Counted from the first letter of the stretch, positions 54,735 through 63,621 are shown. The stretch is 64,000 nt of DNA from Candidatus Zambryskibacteria bacterium RIFCSPHIGHO2_01_FULL_46_25 (GCA_001825155.1 MHVH01000005.1:3528-67527), one strand, 5' to 3'. The notes: generated by a model from the letters alone, not told the origin. Translations and numbers: made by a program.

Positions 54735-55235
54735 CTAGAGAAGTTGCTCCAGGCGGCTTGTCAATTCTCTCTCGACCTCGCAGAGCCCCCCGACTTCTTC
54801 ACGAATTTTCCTGGCGGCCATGTCGTCCATGACGTGAAAGTCGACGATTGTCCCAATCATCGTCGCCACGTTATGGACCTTCATCAACAAGTCCTCGACG
54901 TCTTCTGGTAGTTCGCCCGAAATCGGGAAGACCCCGAGGAAATCGAAGAGCTTGTTGACCATGCTGCGGTTGATCTTCGACACGATGCCGGTCATCGCCC
55001 GGTCAATATCCGTGTCCTGGTACGTTTCCAGGAGCTCGAGGGAAATCTCGATGTTTTCCCCGTCGAACTTGCGCTCGCCGGGCAGAACTCTCACGAAGTT
55101 CCTTCGTACTCCTGGACCGTTCGGGTCTGTTTCCTCCGGCCATTCCGTAATCTGGAGCTGATTCGGTATCTTCCCCAGTTCTTCCAACAGCCGGGCCAGC
55201 GCCTGAATCGGAACCCTTGTCTTGAAAAGAGCCAT
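54735..55235 (-). CDS. hypothetical protein (166 aa)
   Basis: AGGAGG SD. Monocistronic unit with its own repeat-containing upstream region and terminator. Confidence 0.45.
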   Translation of the reverse strand: MALFKTRVPIQALARLLEELGKIPNQLQITEWPEETDPNGPGVRRNFVRVLPGERKFDGENIEISLELLETYQDTDIDRAMTGIVSKINRSMVNKLFDFLGVFPISGELPEDVEDLLMKVHNVATMIGTIVDFHVMDDMAARKIREEVGGLCEVERELTSRLEQLL

Positions 55236-55306
55236 GCTGTCCTCCTGTAGGCAAAGCCTACCTGGAAACTTCGAGTGCGGAATTGCTCTCGAATGGACAA
55301 CCTAAA

Positions 55307-55375
55307 CTCTACAATAATATTTAAATATACGCAACTACATAATAAGCCGACGACCGTTTGCTTATTATGTAGTTG
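55307..55375. promoter_or_regulatory. 65-bp upstream repeat copy 2 (CAACTACATAATAA-N16-TTATTATGTAGTTG)
   Basis: ctctacaataatatttaaatatacgcaactacataataagccgacgaccgtttgcttattatgtagttg. Confidence 0.55.
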
Positions 55376-55402
55376 TGGCTAGGGAGTTACAAAATAAAAG
55401 AC

Positions 55403-55431
55403 CGCGCCCCTCGATGTTACTCGGGGCGCGG
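55403..55431 (-). terminator. GC-rich terminator after the 80-aa gene
   Basis: CCGCGCCCCTCGATGTTACTCGGGGCGCGG followed by TCTTTTATTTTG on the minus strand. Confidence 0.65.
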
Positions 55432-55457
55432 CTGAGGACTTCTTTGGCTTTTTCGCT

Positions 55458-55700
55458 CTACCTCCGGCGGGGAGAGCTGGTCAGTTGACGAACGAGCTCG
55501 CCGAAGGTGAAAGTTCCTGGCGAGTTGACCACCACCTCTTTGTCGAAAGTGATGTGGCAGATTTGGGCGACGCCAATCGCTCTTGAGCTGCCGAAGACAT
55601 ACCCGTCTTCTGTCAGCGTTTCTCGTGGGATGTGGAGCCAGCGGCTGACGTAGCTGGCTATCTCTTCTCGAGACGGGGTTCTTGTTGCATAATCGCGCAT
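55458..55700 (-). CDS. hypothetical small protein (80 aa)
   Basis: GGAGG SD 5 nt before ATG 55700 (minus). Confidence 0.35.
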   Translation of the reverse strand: MRDYATRTPSREEIASYVSRWLHIPRETLTEDGYVFGSSRAIGVAQICHITFDKEVVVNSPGTFTFGELVRQLTSSPRRR

Positions 55701-55776
55701 CAATACCTCCTGTTTTGCACCATGCCTTTTCTTACAATACTGCATTTTTATAATAAGTCAAATATAAAAAGGAAAA

Positions 55777-55800
55777 GAGCGAGCGCGTTAGCGCTCGCTC
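55777..55800 (-). terminator. perfect palindrome GAGCGAGCGC-GTTA-GCGCTCGCTC plus T-run (minus strand)
   Basis: Follows a possible 66-aa Lys/Arg/Pro-rich ORF (55788..55988, minus). Confidence 0.5.
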
Positions 55801-56050
55801 CTCTGCCGGCTTCCCCTCGGGATCCGCTGGACGGGCGGGTTGTCGAGCCCGTCGAAGCGGCTCCCGCTTCCCGGCCAGGTTGGCGCGGGACGTTTGGGAG
55901 GGGCCGGCTTTCTGGTGGTCTTCATACATGCCTCTCTTTTTATATCATACACCCAAATACTTAATTTGTCAAGTGTTATCTTATTCACAACTTAAACACC
56001 GTTTTCTGCCCATTTCTAGATTGTTTCTATAAGACTCGAACTGATACGAT

Positions 56051-57481
56051 GTGTTCATGCAAATTGTCGGCACCTCCACCCTAAACAGCGCCGGGCTGCG
56101 CATCCCTCCCCACTCGGCTGAAGCCGAGATGGCTCTCTTGGGTTCTATCATGCTTCGTCCGGACGCCATTTACGAAATCTTGGACATCGTTACACCTACC
56201 TCATTTTATTTCGAGAAACATCGAACGATTTTCGAAGCGATGCTCGAACTTTTTGGCAAACACAGTCCGATAGATATTCTCTCTCTTTCCTCACGCTTGA
56301 AGGAGAAGGACCAGCTCGAGCGTCTTGGCGGCACGACTTATCTTACGGAACTTTCTAACACGGTTCCCTCATCCGCGAACGTCAAGCACTACGCCGAGAT
56401 TGTGATGAAGAAATATATGATGAGGCAACTTATAGAAGCCTCCGAGCATCTCTCGCATTTAGGCTTCAACGAAGCTGGTGATCTTGAGGAAATTCTGGAC
56501 GCGGCGGAGAAAAAAGTTTTTGACATCACCCAGCACTTCGCCGGTTCGGCGCGCTTCAAAGATCTCACTCCCCTTCTCACGGAAGCGTTCGAAAGATTTG
56601 AGAAGCTCTCAAGCGCTGAGCACGAGCTCCGCGGCGTGCCAACCGGGTTCAAATCACTTGACGACATTCTCGGCGGCTTCCAGAATTCCGACCTCATCAT
56701 CATTGCCGCCAGGCCCTCGGTCGGCAAGACAGCTCTCGCTCTCGATATCGCCAGGAGAACCGCAAGCGAGCATCAGACTCCCGTCGGCGTTTTCTCGCTC
56801 GAGATGAGCGCTGACCAGCTTGTTGACAGAATTGTCGCTGCCCAATCGAAGACCGACTCCTCTATCATCAGGAAAGGCATAAGGACACAGGCGGGCACTT
56901 GGCGCGAAGACGTGTTCAAGAATATTCGCGACGCCCTCGACGATCTTTCTCGTACTCCTATCTTCATAGACGACCAACCGGGCAATACCATTATGAAAAT
57001 GAGAAGTGCCGCGAGGAAGCTCAAGATTGAAAAGGGTCTCAAGCTCCTTGTCGTCGATTACCTCCAGCTCATGGTGCCATCTACCACCCGCACCAACGAC
57101 TCGATGGTCCAGCAAGTGACCGAGATCTCCCGCTCCCTAAAGCATCTAGCCCGCGAGCTCAACATTCCGGTCATCGCACTCTCGCAAATGTCGCGCGCCA
57201 TCGAGACCCGCGGTGGCAAGCCTAAGCTCTCCGACCTGCGCGACTCTGGCTCTCTCGAGCAGGACGCGGACGCGGTTATCTTCATCCACAGTAACGAAGA
57301 GGATTTGCGCGATGAGAGCGGCCACATGAAAGATGTGCAGAGGAAAGAGCTTATCATAGCCAAACACAGGAACGGTCCCTTAGGCTCGGTCATTCTAGAC
57401 TTTCACACTCGCTTCAACACCTTCGTCGAGATAGATTTCTCGAACTATGGCAAAGCGGAAGAAGATTTTAAGAGCTTCTAA
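56051..57481 (+). CDS. dnaB: replicative DNA helicase DnaB
   Basis: N-terminal domain (…PHSAEAEMALLGSIM…). RecA-like core with Walker A (GKTALALD) and DnaB motifs. Confidence 0.9.
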   Translation: MFMQIVGTSTLNSAGLRIPPHSAEAEMALLGSIMLRPDAIYEILDIVTPTSFYFEKHRTIFEAMLELFGKHSPIDILSLSSRLKEKDQLERLGGTTYLTELSNTVPSSANVKHYAEIVMKKYMMRQLIEASEHLSHLGFNEAGDLEEILDAAEKKVFDITQHFAGSARFKDLTPLLTEAFERFEKLSSAEHELRGVPTGFKSLDDILGGFQNSDLIIIAARPSVGKTALALDIARRTASEHQTPVGVFSLEMSADQLVDRIVAAQSKTDSSIIRKGIRTQAGTWREDVFKNIRDALDDLSRTPIFIDDQPGNTIMKMRSAARKLKIEKGLKLLVVDYLQLMVPSTTRTNDSMVQQVTEISRSLKHLARELNIPVIALSQMSRAIETRGGKPKLSDLRDSGSLEQDADAVIFIHSNEEDLRDESGHMKDVQRKELIIAKHRNGPLGSVILDFHTRFNTFVEIDFSNYGKAEEDFKSF

Positions 57482-57484
57482 AAC

Positions 57485-58105
57485 ATGAATTCCATCGACA
57501 AACTTACGGAAATATTTTCGAAATTTCCGGGCATTGGGCCTAGGCAGGCGAAACGTTTTGTCTACTATATTCTCTCAAGGAATGGCAGTTTCTCGAGTGA
57601 GCTTGTCACGGCGGTTGAGAATTTGAAGAAAGAGATAACACAGTGTGCCGAATGCCAGAGGTTTTTCGTTTACCCCGAGCGGAGTCGGGGGGCGAAACTT
57701 TGTTCTATCTGTGCCGATGATACTCGCGACAGTTCAATGTTAATGCTCGTGCCACGCGATATTGACCTTGAAGCGGTGGAGAGAAGCGGAGGCTACAAGG
57801 GCTACTACTTTGTCCTTGGTGGAGTGGTGCCGATTCTTGAGAAAGAGCCGGAGAAAAAGATAAGAATAAATAAGTTACAAGAAACAATTTCCAAAAGAAA
57901 AAATTTGAAAGAAGTGATTCTTGCCATGAATGCCAATGCCGACGGCGAGCATACGGCCGATTACATAAAAGAGCAGTTATCCACAGCTTACCAAGGCAAG
58001 GCCTTGGCGTTTTCGATTCTTGGGCGCGGGCTATCGACTGGCATCGAACTTGAATACGCCGACCCGGAAACCCTCAAAAACGCCTTTTTGCATAGGACGA
58101 AATAA
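57485..58105 (+). CDS. recR: recombination protein RecR
   Basis: HhH (…FPGIGPRQAKR…), C4 zinc finger (CAECQ…CSICAD), Toprim. Confidence 0.9.
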   Translation: MNSIDKLTEIFSKFPGIGPRQAKRFVYYILSRNGSFSSELVTAVENLKKEITQCAECQRFFVYPERSRGAKLCSICADDTRDSSMLMLVPRDIDLEAVERSGGYKGYYFVLGGVVPILEKEPEKKIRINKLQETISKRKNLKEVILAMNANADGEHTADYIKEQLSTAYQGKALAFSILGRGLSTGIELEYADPETLKNAFLHRTK

Positions 58106-58501
58106 CTATTTTATCGAATCGATTACGACCTCGAAGTAAGGTTGACGGTGGCCGTATTTCTTGAAATAGCGGGACTTCTGCTTGTATTTGATAACATCGA
58201 CTGTCTTGTATCGGGCAATTTTATTTAAAGTGGCGGAGACGTAGGAACCTTTGATGAAAGGGTTGCCGAGAGTAACCTCAGATGCGCCGTTGTCGGTCAT
58301 GAGAACATTGTCGAAGGTGATGGAGTCACCCTCTTTGTACTCTCCAACTATCTTCTCAATCTTGACCCTATCCCCAACCCTCGCTCTGTACTGCTTGCCT
58401 CCGGTGGCGAAGACGGCAAATAACCCTGAGGTGCTAGGGGCTAGGGGCTTGGTTCTAGCTTTGGAGACGGGCTTTTTGGGAGCTTTTACAGCTTCTGTCA
58501 T
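58106..58501 (-). CDS. rplU: 50S ribosomal protein L21 with Lys/Pro/Ala-rich N-terminal extension
   Basis: …FAVFATGGKQYRARVGDRVKIEKI… L21 core. About 27-aa basic N-terminal extension. Confidence 0.85.
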   Translation of the reverse strand: MTEAVKAPKKPVSKARTKPLAPSTSGLFAVFATGGKQYRARVGDRVKIEKIVGEYKEGDSITFDNVLMTDNGASEVTLGNPFIKGSYVSATLNKIARYKTVDVIKYKQKSRYFKKYGHRQPYFEVVIDSIK

Positions 58502-58507
58502 AGCGCT

Positions 58508-59569
58508 TTATTCTACTGATGGTTTGTCCAAAGTCAACGCCTCGACCTCCATGCCGGTACCGGTAATGCGAAGCACGTCTTTATCAATCTTTTTGAACTC
58601 TTTGCCAGCGGAATTGTAGTGGTTGACGGTGGTCGAGAGGGCGTTTCCCAGCTTGCCGTAATACTCCTCGTATGCCGAAAGGTGCTTCTGGAGGTCGCCG
58701 ACATTCTTGATGATGGTCTTGACCGACTCTTCTATCTGCATGCCCTTAAGGCCCTGGAGCACGGTCTGGAGGTATGCTAGGAATGATGTCGGGGAAACGA
58801 TGAGTACGTGGTATTTGGAAGCGGCGCGCTGGATGAGAGACTCGGAATCTTCCTTCAAGGCGCCGATTTTGTTTACAATAAGGTCGTAGTAAATCGCTTC
58901 GTGCGGTATGAACATGAAAGCGAAGTCCATGGTCCCTTGTCCCGGTTGAATATATTTTGCCGTCTCGGCAATTCTGTTCTTGAGGTCGGCGACGAAGACC
59001 TTCTCGAGACTTTCTCTCTGCATCGAGTCCTTCTCCTCCACGATGCGGTTGTAATTTTCAAGCGAGAACTTGGAATCAATCGGAATAATTTTATCCTTCA
59101 CGAATACTGCCGCATCAACTATGGTGCCGTCCGGGAACGGATACTGCATTTGGTAGCTCCCTGGTGGCAAAACATTTTTGAGCAGCGTTTCGAGATAATA
59201 CTCGCCGAGCACTCCGCGCTGCTTCGGATTCTTCAAAATATCCTGGAGACTTTGCAGCTGGTCGGCGAAGGAGATAACCTGCTTATTGGTCTCATCGAGC
59301 TTGGTCAGTCCTTGCGTTACTTCTCTTATGAGTTTGGCCGACTCGCCGAACTGGGTGCGCACGGACTCGTTCATCATCTTGGTGCTCTCCGCCATTTTGT
59401 GGTCCACAGTTCTCGAAAGTTCGTTAAGTTGGGTTAAGAGCAAGTTCAATCCTTCCCCACCCCCTTCTTTCTTTTTCCCGGCAAGTTGGAAAACAAGCCA
59501 CACATTGACTAAAAGGAGCGCTGCTACGATAATGAGTGTCCAATCCATAACCAGATTATAACATGTCAC
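58508..59569 (-). CDS. rmuC: DNA recombination protein RmuC
   Basis: N-terminal TM. Coiled coil. …QRGVLGEYYLETLLKNVLP… RmuC signature. Confidence 0.8.
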   Translation of the reverse strand: MTCYNLVMDWTLIIVAALLLVNVWLVFQLAGKKKEGGGEGLNLLLTQLNELSRTVDHKMAESTKMMNESVRTQFGESAKLIREVTQGLTKLDETNKQVISFADQLQSLQDILKNPKQRGVLGEYYLETLLKNVLPPGSYQMQYPFPDGTIVDAAVFVKDKIIPIDSKFSLENYNRIVEEKDSMQRESLEKVFVADLKNRIAETAKYIQPGQGTMDFAFMFIPHEAIYYDLIVNKIGALKEDSESLIQRAASKYHVLIVSPTSFLAYLQTVLQGLKGMQIEESVKTIIKNVGDLQKHLSAYEEYYGKLGNALSTTVNHYNSAGKEFKKIDKDVLRITGTGMEVEALTLDKPSVE

Positions 59570-60015
59570 TCCACCAAGATATAAAAGTGCAGATGGTCGA
59601 AGCTATGAAAGCTAGAGAAGCTACGAAGCTTTCCGTTTTGCGCGGGCTTATGGCTTCTTTCACCAACGAGCTTGTGGCGAAGAAGAGGAAGCCGGACGAA
59701 GAACTTGGGGATGAAGATGCTCTCTCCGTTATCTCTCGCGCCGTCAAGCAGAGGAAGGATTCTATAGAACAATTCGAGAAAGGCAATCGCCAGGACCTCG
59801 CGGATGTCGAGAAGGCGGAAATGGCAATCCTCGAAACGTATCTCCCCGCCCAGATGTCTCAGGAAGAAGTGGAATCGTTCATCAATGATAAGATAACGAA
59901 AGAGAATCCAGAGAAAGATAAGAAGAATCAGTTCATGGGTCTGGTGATGAAAGAACTCAAGGGCCGAACTGACGGAAGCGTGGTCAAAGAAGCCCTTGAC
60001 AAAGTCTGGGGTTAG
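59563..60015 (+). CDS. GatB/YqeY domain protein
   Basis: YqeY-like sequence (…LSVLRGLMASF…KQRKDSIEQFEKGNRQDLA…). Confidence 0.8.
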   Translation: MSLHQDIKVQMVEAMKAREATKLSVLRGLMASFTNELVAKKRKPDEELGDEDALSVISRAVKQRKDSIEQFEKGNRQDLADVEKAEMAILETYLPAQMSQEEVESFINDKITKENPEKDKKNQFMGLVMKELKGRTDGSVVKEALDKVWG

Positions 60016-60049
60016 TGCTAAGATAGAAAATAGAAATGGAGGTTCTCTC

Positions 60050-60190
60050 ATGAGAAAAGTGCATTTGGGATGCCGTCGTGGCCGCAAGGGTCGTCGGACG
60101 CGCAAGCCGGCGGCGACCCTCAGCAAGCTCATGCGAAAAATGAAGGCGACGGGCGTGCAACCCGACCCGCCGCACTGGCAGGACAGGTAA
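60050..60190 (+). CDS. very basic small ORF (46 aa), GC-rich
   Basis: GGAGG SD 7 nt upstream. Strong terminator immediately after. Confidence 0.3.
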   Translation: MRKVHLGCRRGRKGRRTRKPAATLSKLMRKMKATGVQPDPPHWQDR

Positions 60191-60196
60191 GGTTTC

Positions 60197-60230
60197 AAAA
60201 AGGGCAGGCGCCCGTTGCGCCTGCCCTTTT
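60197..60230. terminator. rho-independent terminator (AAAAGGGCAGGCGC-CCGTT-GCGCCTGCCCTTTT)
   Basis: Perfect 13-bp stem flanked by A/T runs. Bidirectional. Confidence 0.75.
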
Positions 60231-60325
60231 CCTATCCCCCACTTTTCATTGACGCTGTACCGCGCTTATAAGAGAATTGGGCTAGAAATCTAGTCGTTCA
60301 CAACTCACAATCGGAGGTCTCGCCC

Positions 60326-60517
60326 ATGTTTCCAGTCTCGCCTCGCCAGTGGTGCCAGGATCGTCGCAGATATACCAGACGCAGTACCCACCGTATCGAC
60401 AGGACGGGCAAGCGAGCGCACGAGCTCAACCGCGCGTCAGAGTCCGGACCACTCGCGAATCACCAAGCGCAAGTTGCCGCTGAGAAGAGAGCCGAGTCAA
60501 GCGACGACGAGGAGTAG
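60326..60517 (+). CDS. small ORF (63 aa; Arg-rich N-terminus, acidic C-terminus), GC-rich
   Basis: GGAGG SD 8 nt upstream. Terminator hairpin 60545..60575 (TGGCCGGCACTTGCGTGCCGGTCA + TTTTTGT). Confidence 0.3.
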   Translation: MFPVSPRQWCQDRRRYTRRSTHRIDRTGKRAHELNRASESGPLANHQAQVAAEKRAESSDDEE

Positions 60518-60656
60518 ATTCCGTGTTAGTTTTCATCTAAAACCGTGGCCGGCACTTGCGTGCCGGTCATTTTTGTCCCACAACCTTGCTATCCACACTT
60601 TTGGCAGCCGAAATGTATTAAAATAGTTTAACAATTATCAATTAGCGAGAAGTCTA

Positions 60657-62954
60657 ATGAAGCCAAAATTCGCCACCAGCAAGAACGCCAATCTAAAAAC
60701 TATTATCAAGCGAGACGGAAGCAAAGTCCCTCTCAATCCAAAGAAGATTACGAATGCGGTCACGAGGGCTTTGCAAGAGACGAAGGAGTACCGTCCGGGC
60801 GTGGCGGAGAAGATTACTGACGCGGTGGTGAGGAAGCTTGCTTTGCGAAAGTCCTACGACAAGAAGTATGTGCCAATGGTTGAGGGCATCCAGGATCTCG
60901 TGGAGATGGAGCTCATGCTTCAAAAATTTACGGCTACGGCCAAGGCCTACATTCTCTACCGGGCCGAGCGCACCAAGTCTAGAGAGCAGAACGCCATGAT
61001 TCCTCAGGAGGTCAAAGACAAAATTGCCGAGAGCAGTAAGTACTTTAAAGCTCCATATCAAGAATTTATTTTCTACCAGTTCTATTCCAAGTGGAGGCCG
61101 GAGTTCGGACGCCGAGAAACTTGGGTTGAGGCGATAGACCGCTTCATGGATTATATGAAAGTGAAGATGGGCAGCATGCTCACTACTGGTGAATACTCGG
61201 AAGTGCGCGAAGCGATTTTGAAGCAGGACATCTGTCCTTCCATGCGCCTCTTGTGGTCGGCGGGCAAAGCATGCGATGCATCAAACGTTTGCGCTTACAA
61301 CTGCGCCTATATCGCCCCGGTTTCCTGGCGAGACCTTTCCGAGATTATGTATGTCTCAATGTGTGGCGCCGGGTGCGGCTTCTCCGTTGAACCGGAGAAC
61401 GTGGGCAAGTTCCCACAGATTAAAAAGCAGACCGGTCATATGGCGCCAAAAATTGTGATTGAAGACAGCAAGGAAGGATGGTGCAAGGCCTTTGTGGAGG
61501 CCTGCACCGCATGGGAGAAGGGCAAGGACGTGGAACTCGATTATTCTCTCATTCGTCCGGCTGGGGCTAAACTAGCGACCATGGGTGGTCGCGCTTCGGG
61601 CCCCGCTCCCCTTCAGGAACTTATGCAATTTACGAAGAGGAAGATGCTCGCCAAGCAGGGCCGCAGGCTCACCACTCTCGATTTGCATGACATCATCTGC
61701 CAAATAGGGCTTATTGTCGTTGCTGGCGGCGTGCGTCGCTCAGCGCTCATCTCCCTCTCTTCTCTTGATGACACCGATATTCGCGATGCCAAGAAGGGCA
61801 CCTTCTGGCAGACGGAGGGCCAGCGCTCGATGGCCAATAATTCCGCGGTCTATGAAGCCAAACCAACGGCCGAGGAATTCATGCAGGAGTGGACATCCCT
61901 TGTCACTTCGCACTCAGGCGAGCGAGGTATCTTCAATCGCGGAGGCTTGCAGTTCCAGGTGCCCAAGAGGCGCTGGGAAGTGCTCAAGAAGGCAAAATTG
62001 CCGGGAGTCAATCCTTGCGGCGAGATTTATCTCCAATCCAAACAATTCTGCAATCTGACTTCTATTGTGGTTAGGCCGGCGGACGATATGGAAAATCTGA
62101 AGAAGAAAATGCGTCTTGCGACTCTTCTCGGCACCTACCAGGCGACACTTACCGACTTCGGTTATCTTTCGAAAGAGTGGAAGAAAAATTGCGAGAAGGA
62201 ACAATTGCTCGGTGTTTCTATCACAGGCTATTACGACAACGAACTCATAAGGGATGATAAAAACCTGCAAGCCTTGCGCGAAGAATCGATAAAAACGAAC
62301 AAGAAGTACGCCAAGCGTTTCGGCAAGAACGAATCGACAGCCATCACTTGCGTGAAGCCGCACGGCAACTCCGGCCAGCTTCTGGGCGTGGGCTCCGGCA
62401 TGCACACTTGGTACTCCCACTACTACATCCGCCGCGTGAGAATCTCCGCCAATGACCCACTTTTGAAGCTCGCCAGAAACCAGGGCGTGCCTGTATTTCC
62501 GGAAGTTGGTTACTCAACTTCGAATGCCGCGACCATGGTTATGGAATTCCCTTGCAAGGCTCCCGAAGGCGCTTTGGTCAATAAGGACGTGACCGCTCTT
62601 GAGATGCTTGAGGAGTGGAAGAGACTCAAGGTAAACTTCACCGAGCATAATCCTTCTGTCACCATATACATTGGCGATGACGAATGGATCTCGGTGGCGA
62701 ACTTCGTTTACAAGAACTGGGATATCGTGGGCGGACTCTCCTTCCTTCCAAGGTCGAACCATGTCTACCAACTCGCCCCGTATGAGGAGATAACGAAAGA
62801 AGAATACGAAAGAAGGGTCAAGGAGCTTCGCCATCTGGACTTCTCGAAACTCGTTGTTTATGAGCAAGAAGACAATACTGTTGGTGCCAGAGAATTGGCC
62901 TGCGCCGGTGGAGTTTGCGAAATTGATGTGGTGCCGGCAGAAGCAGCGGCGTAA
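60657..62954 (+). CDS. nrdJ: ribonucleotide reductase, class II (adenosylcobalamin-dependent) with N-terminal ATP-cone
   Basis: ATP-cone (…IIKRDGSKVPLNPKKITNAV…). Active site …NPCGEIYLQSKQFCNLTSIVV…. C-terminal CAGGVCE redox pair. 765 aa. Confidence 0.85.
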   Translation: MKPKFATSKNANLKTIIKRDGSKVPLNPKKITNAVTRALQETKEYRPGVAEKITDAVVRKLALRKSYDKKYVPMVEGIQDLVEMELMLQKFTATAKAYILYRAERTKSREQNAMIPQEVKDKIAESSKYFKAPYQEFIFYQFYSKWRPEFGRRETWVEAIDRFMDYMKVKMGSMLTTGEYSEVREAILKQDICPSMRLLWSAGKACDASNVCAYNCAYIAPVSWRDLSEIMYVSMCGAGCGFSVEPENVGKFPQIKKQTGHMAPKIVIEDSKEGWCKAFVEACTAWEKGKDVELDYSLIRPAGAKLATMGGRASGPAPLQELMQFTKRKMLAKQGRRLTTLDLHDIICQIGLIVVAGGVRRSALISLSSLDDTDIRDAKKGTFWQTEGQRSMANNSAVYEAKPTAEEFMQEWTSLVTSHSGERGIFNRGGLQFQVPKRRWEVLKKAKLPGVNPCGEIYLQSKQFCNLTSIVVRPADDMENLKKKMRLATLLGTYQATLTDFGYLSKEWKKNCEKEQLLGVSITGYYDNELIRDDKNLQALREESIKTNKKYAKRFGKNESTAITCVKPHGNSGQLLGVGSGMHTWYSHYYIRRVRISANDPLLKLARNQGVPVFPEVGYSTSNAATMVMEFPCKAPEGALVNKDVTALEMLEEWKRLKVNFTEHNPSVTIYIGDDEWISVANFVYKNWDIVGGLSFLPRSNHVYQLAPYEEITKEEYERRVKELRHLDFSKLVVYEQEDNTVGARELACAGGVCEIDVVPAEAAA

Positions 62955-63039
62955 ACTTATACCAAGCTAGACCCCTCACACAGCCTTCCCCTTCGCAGGG
63001 GCGGGTTTTTGCATACAAACAAAAAGGCCCACGCGCGGT

Positions 63040-63145
63040 GCGGGCCAGTGGTTGTAGCGGGAGGGCTGGCTGGACTTATGGAGCCAAGTGGGAAGGACAG
63101 GACAGTCCTCCATGCCTGGCGGGAACCAACCCTACCCGCACCCAT
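63040..63145 (+). ncRNA. candidate structured small RNA (class undetermined; SRP-RNA-like size)
   Basis: Closing helix GGTGCGGG…CCCGCACC with nested stems (GGTTG/CAACC, ATGGAG/CTCCAT, GGAC/GTCC). GC-rich. Between nrdJ and tRNA. Confidence 0.25.
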
Positions 63146-63228
63146 ATTATAAGACGTATGATTCTTGAATTCAAGTCAGAATTGTGTCTTGAAAAGAGCC
63201 CAAATTTCCGCTAGAGTATGCGGGTTAG

Positions 63229-63300
63229 GGCCCTATCGTCTATCGGCTAGGACACAGCCTTCTCAAGGCTGGAAGCGGAGTTCGATTCTCCGTAGGGTCA
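63229..63300 (+). tRNA. tRNA-Glu (anticodon CTC)
   Basis: Hand-folded cloverleaf. Acceptor GGCCCTA/TAGGGTC (one G-U). D-arm GTCT…GGAC. Anticodon stem CAGCC/GGCTG with loop TTCTCAA. T-arm CGGAG-TTCGATT-CTCCG. Discriminator A. No encoded CCA. Confidence 0.6.
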
Positions 63301-63371
63301 TAAAAACATGTTATGTTTTTATGAGTCGCAGGCACGACGGTGCCGAGGCGTGACCACACAAGATTTGCCTT

Positions 63372-63394
63372 ACTTAGCTGTCCAACAGCTAAGT
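63372..63394. repeat. palindromic repeat copy 3 (ACTTAGCTGTC-CA-ACAGCTAAGT)
   Basis: Third member of the 23215 and 23581 family. Followed by a perfect 22-bp palindrome ACACTATGATA/TATCATAGTGT at 63401..63422. Confidence 0.6.
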
Positions 63395-63483
63395 TGTGAC
63401 ACACTATGATATATCATAGTGTCCTACGTTATCTTTTAGCTATAGCAGAATTGTAACGTATGTGAATTTTTGCAAACGCGAAG

Positions 63484-63621
63484 CTATTTCTTTATCTGTT
63501 TCCAGAGCCAGATGCCGGCGAGGATGAGGTCAATGACGATAATCAAGCAGACAATCGAGCCGAAGATTCCCCATCCGTCCCCTACCCCAGCTCCATCGAA
63601 TCCATAGCCAAATCTCATCAT
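63484..63621 (-). CDS. small Gly-rich membrane peptide (45 aa), YjcZ-like
   Basis: MMRFGYGFDGAGVGDGWGIFGSIVCLIIVIDLILAGIWLWKQIKK. No obvious SD. Confidence 0.3.
   Translation of the reverse strand: MMRFGYGFDGAGVGDGWGIFGSIVCLIIVIDLILAGIWLWKQIKK

Noticed and set aside
62955-63040. Short hairpins right after nrdJ (CCCCTTCGCAGGGG, GGCCCACGCGCGGTGCGGGCC) as terminators
   Set aside because: Stems are short or imperfect and the T-runs are weak. They may be part of the adjacent structured RNA candidate rather than discrete terminators.
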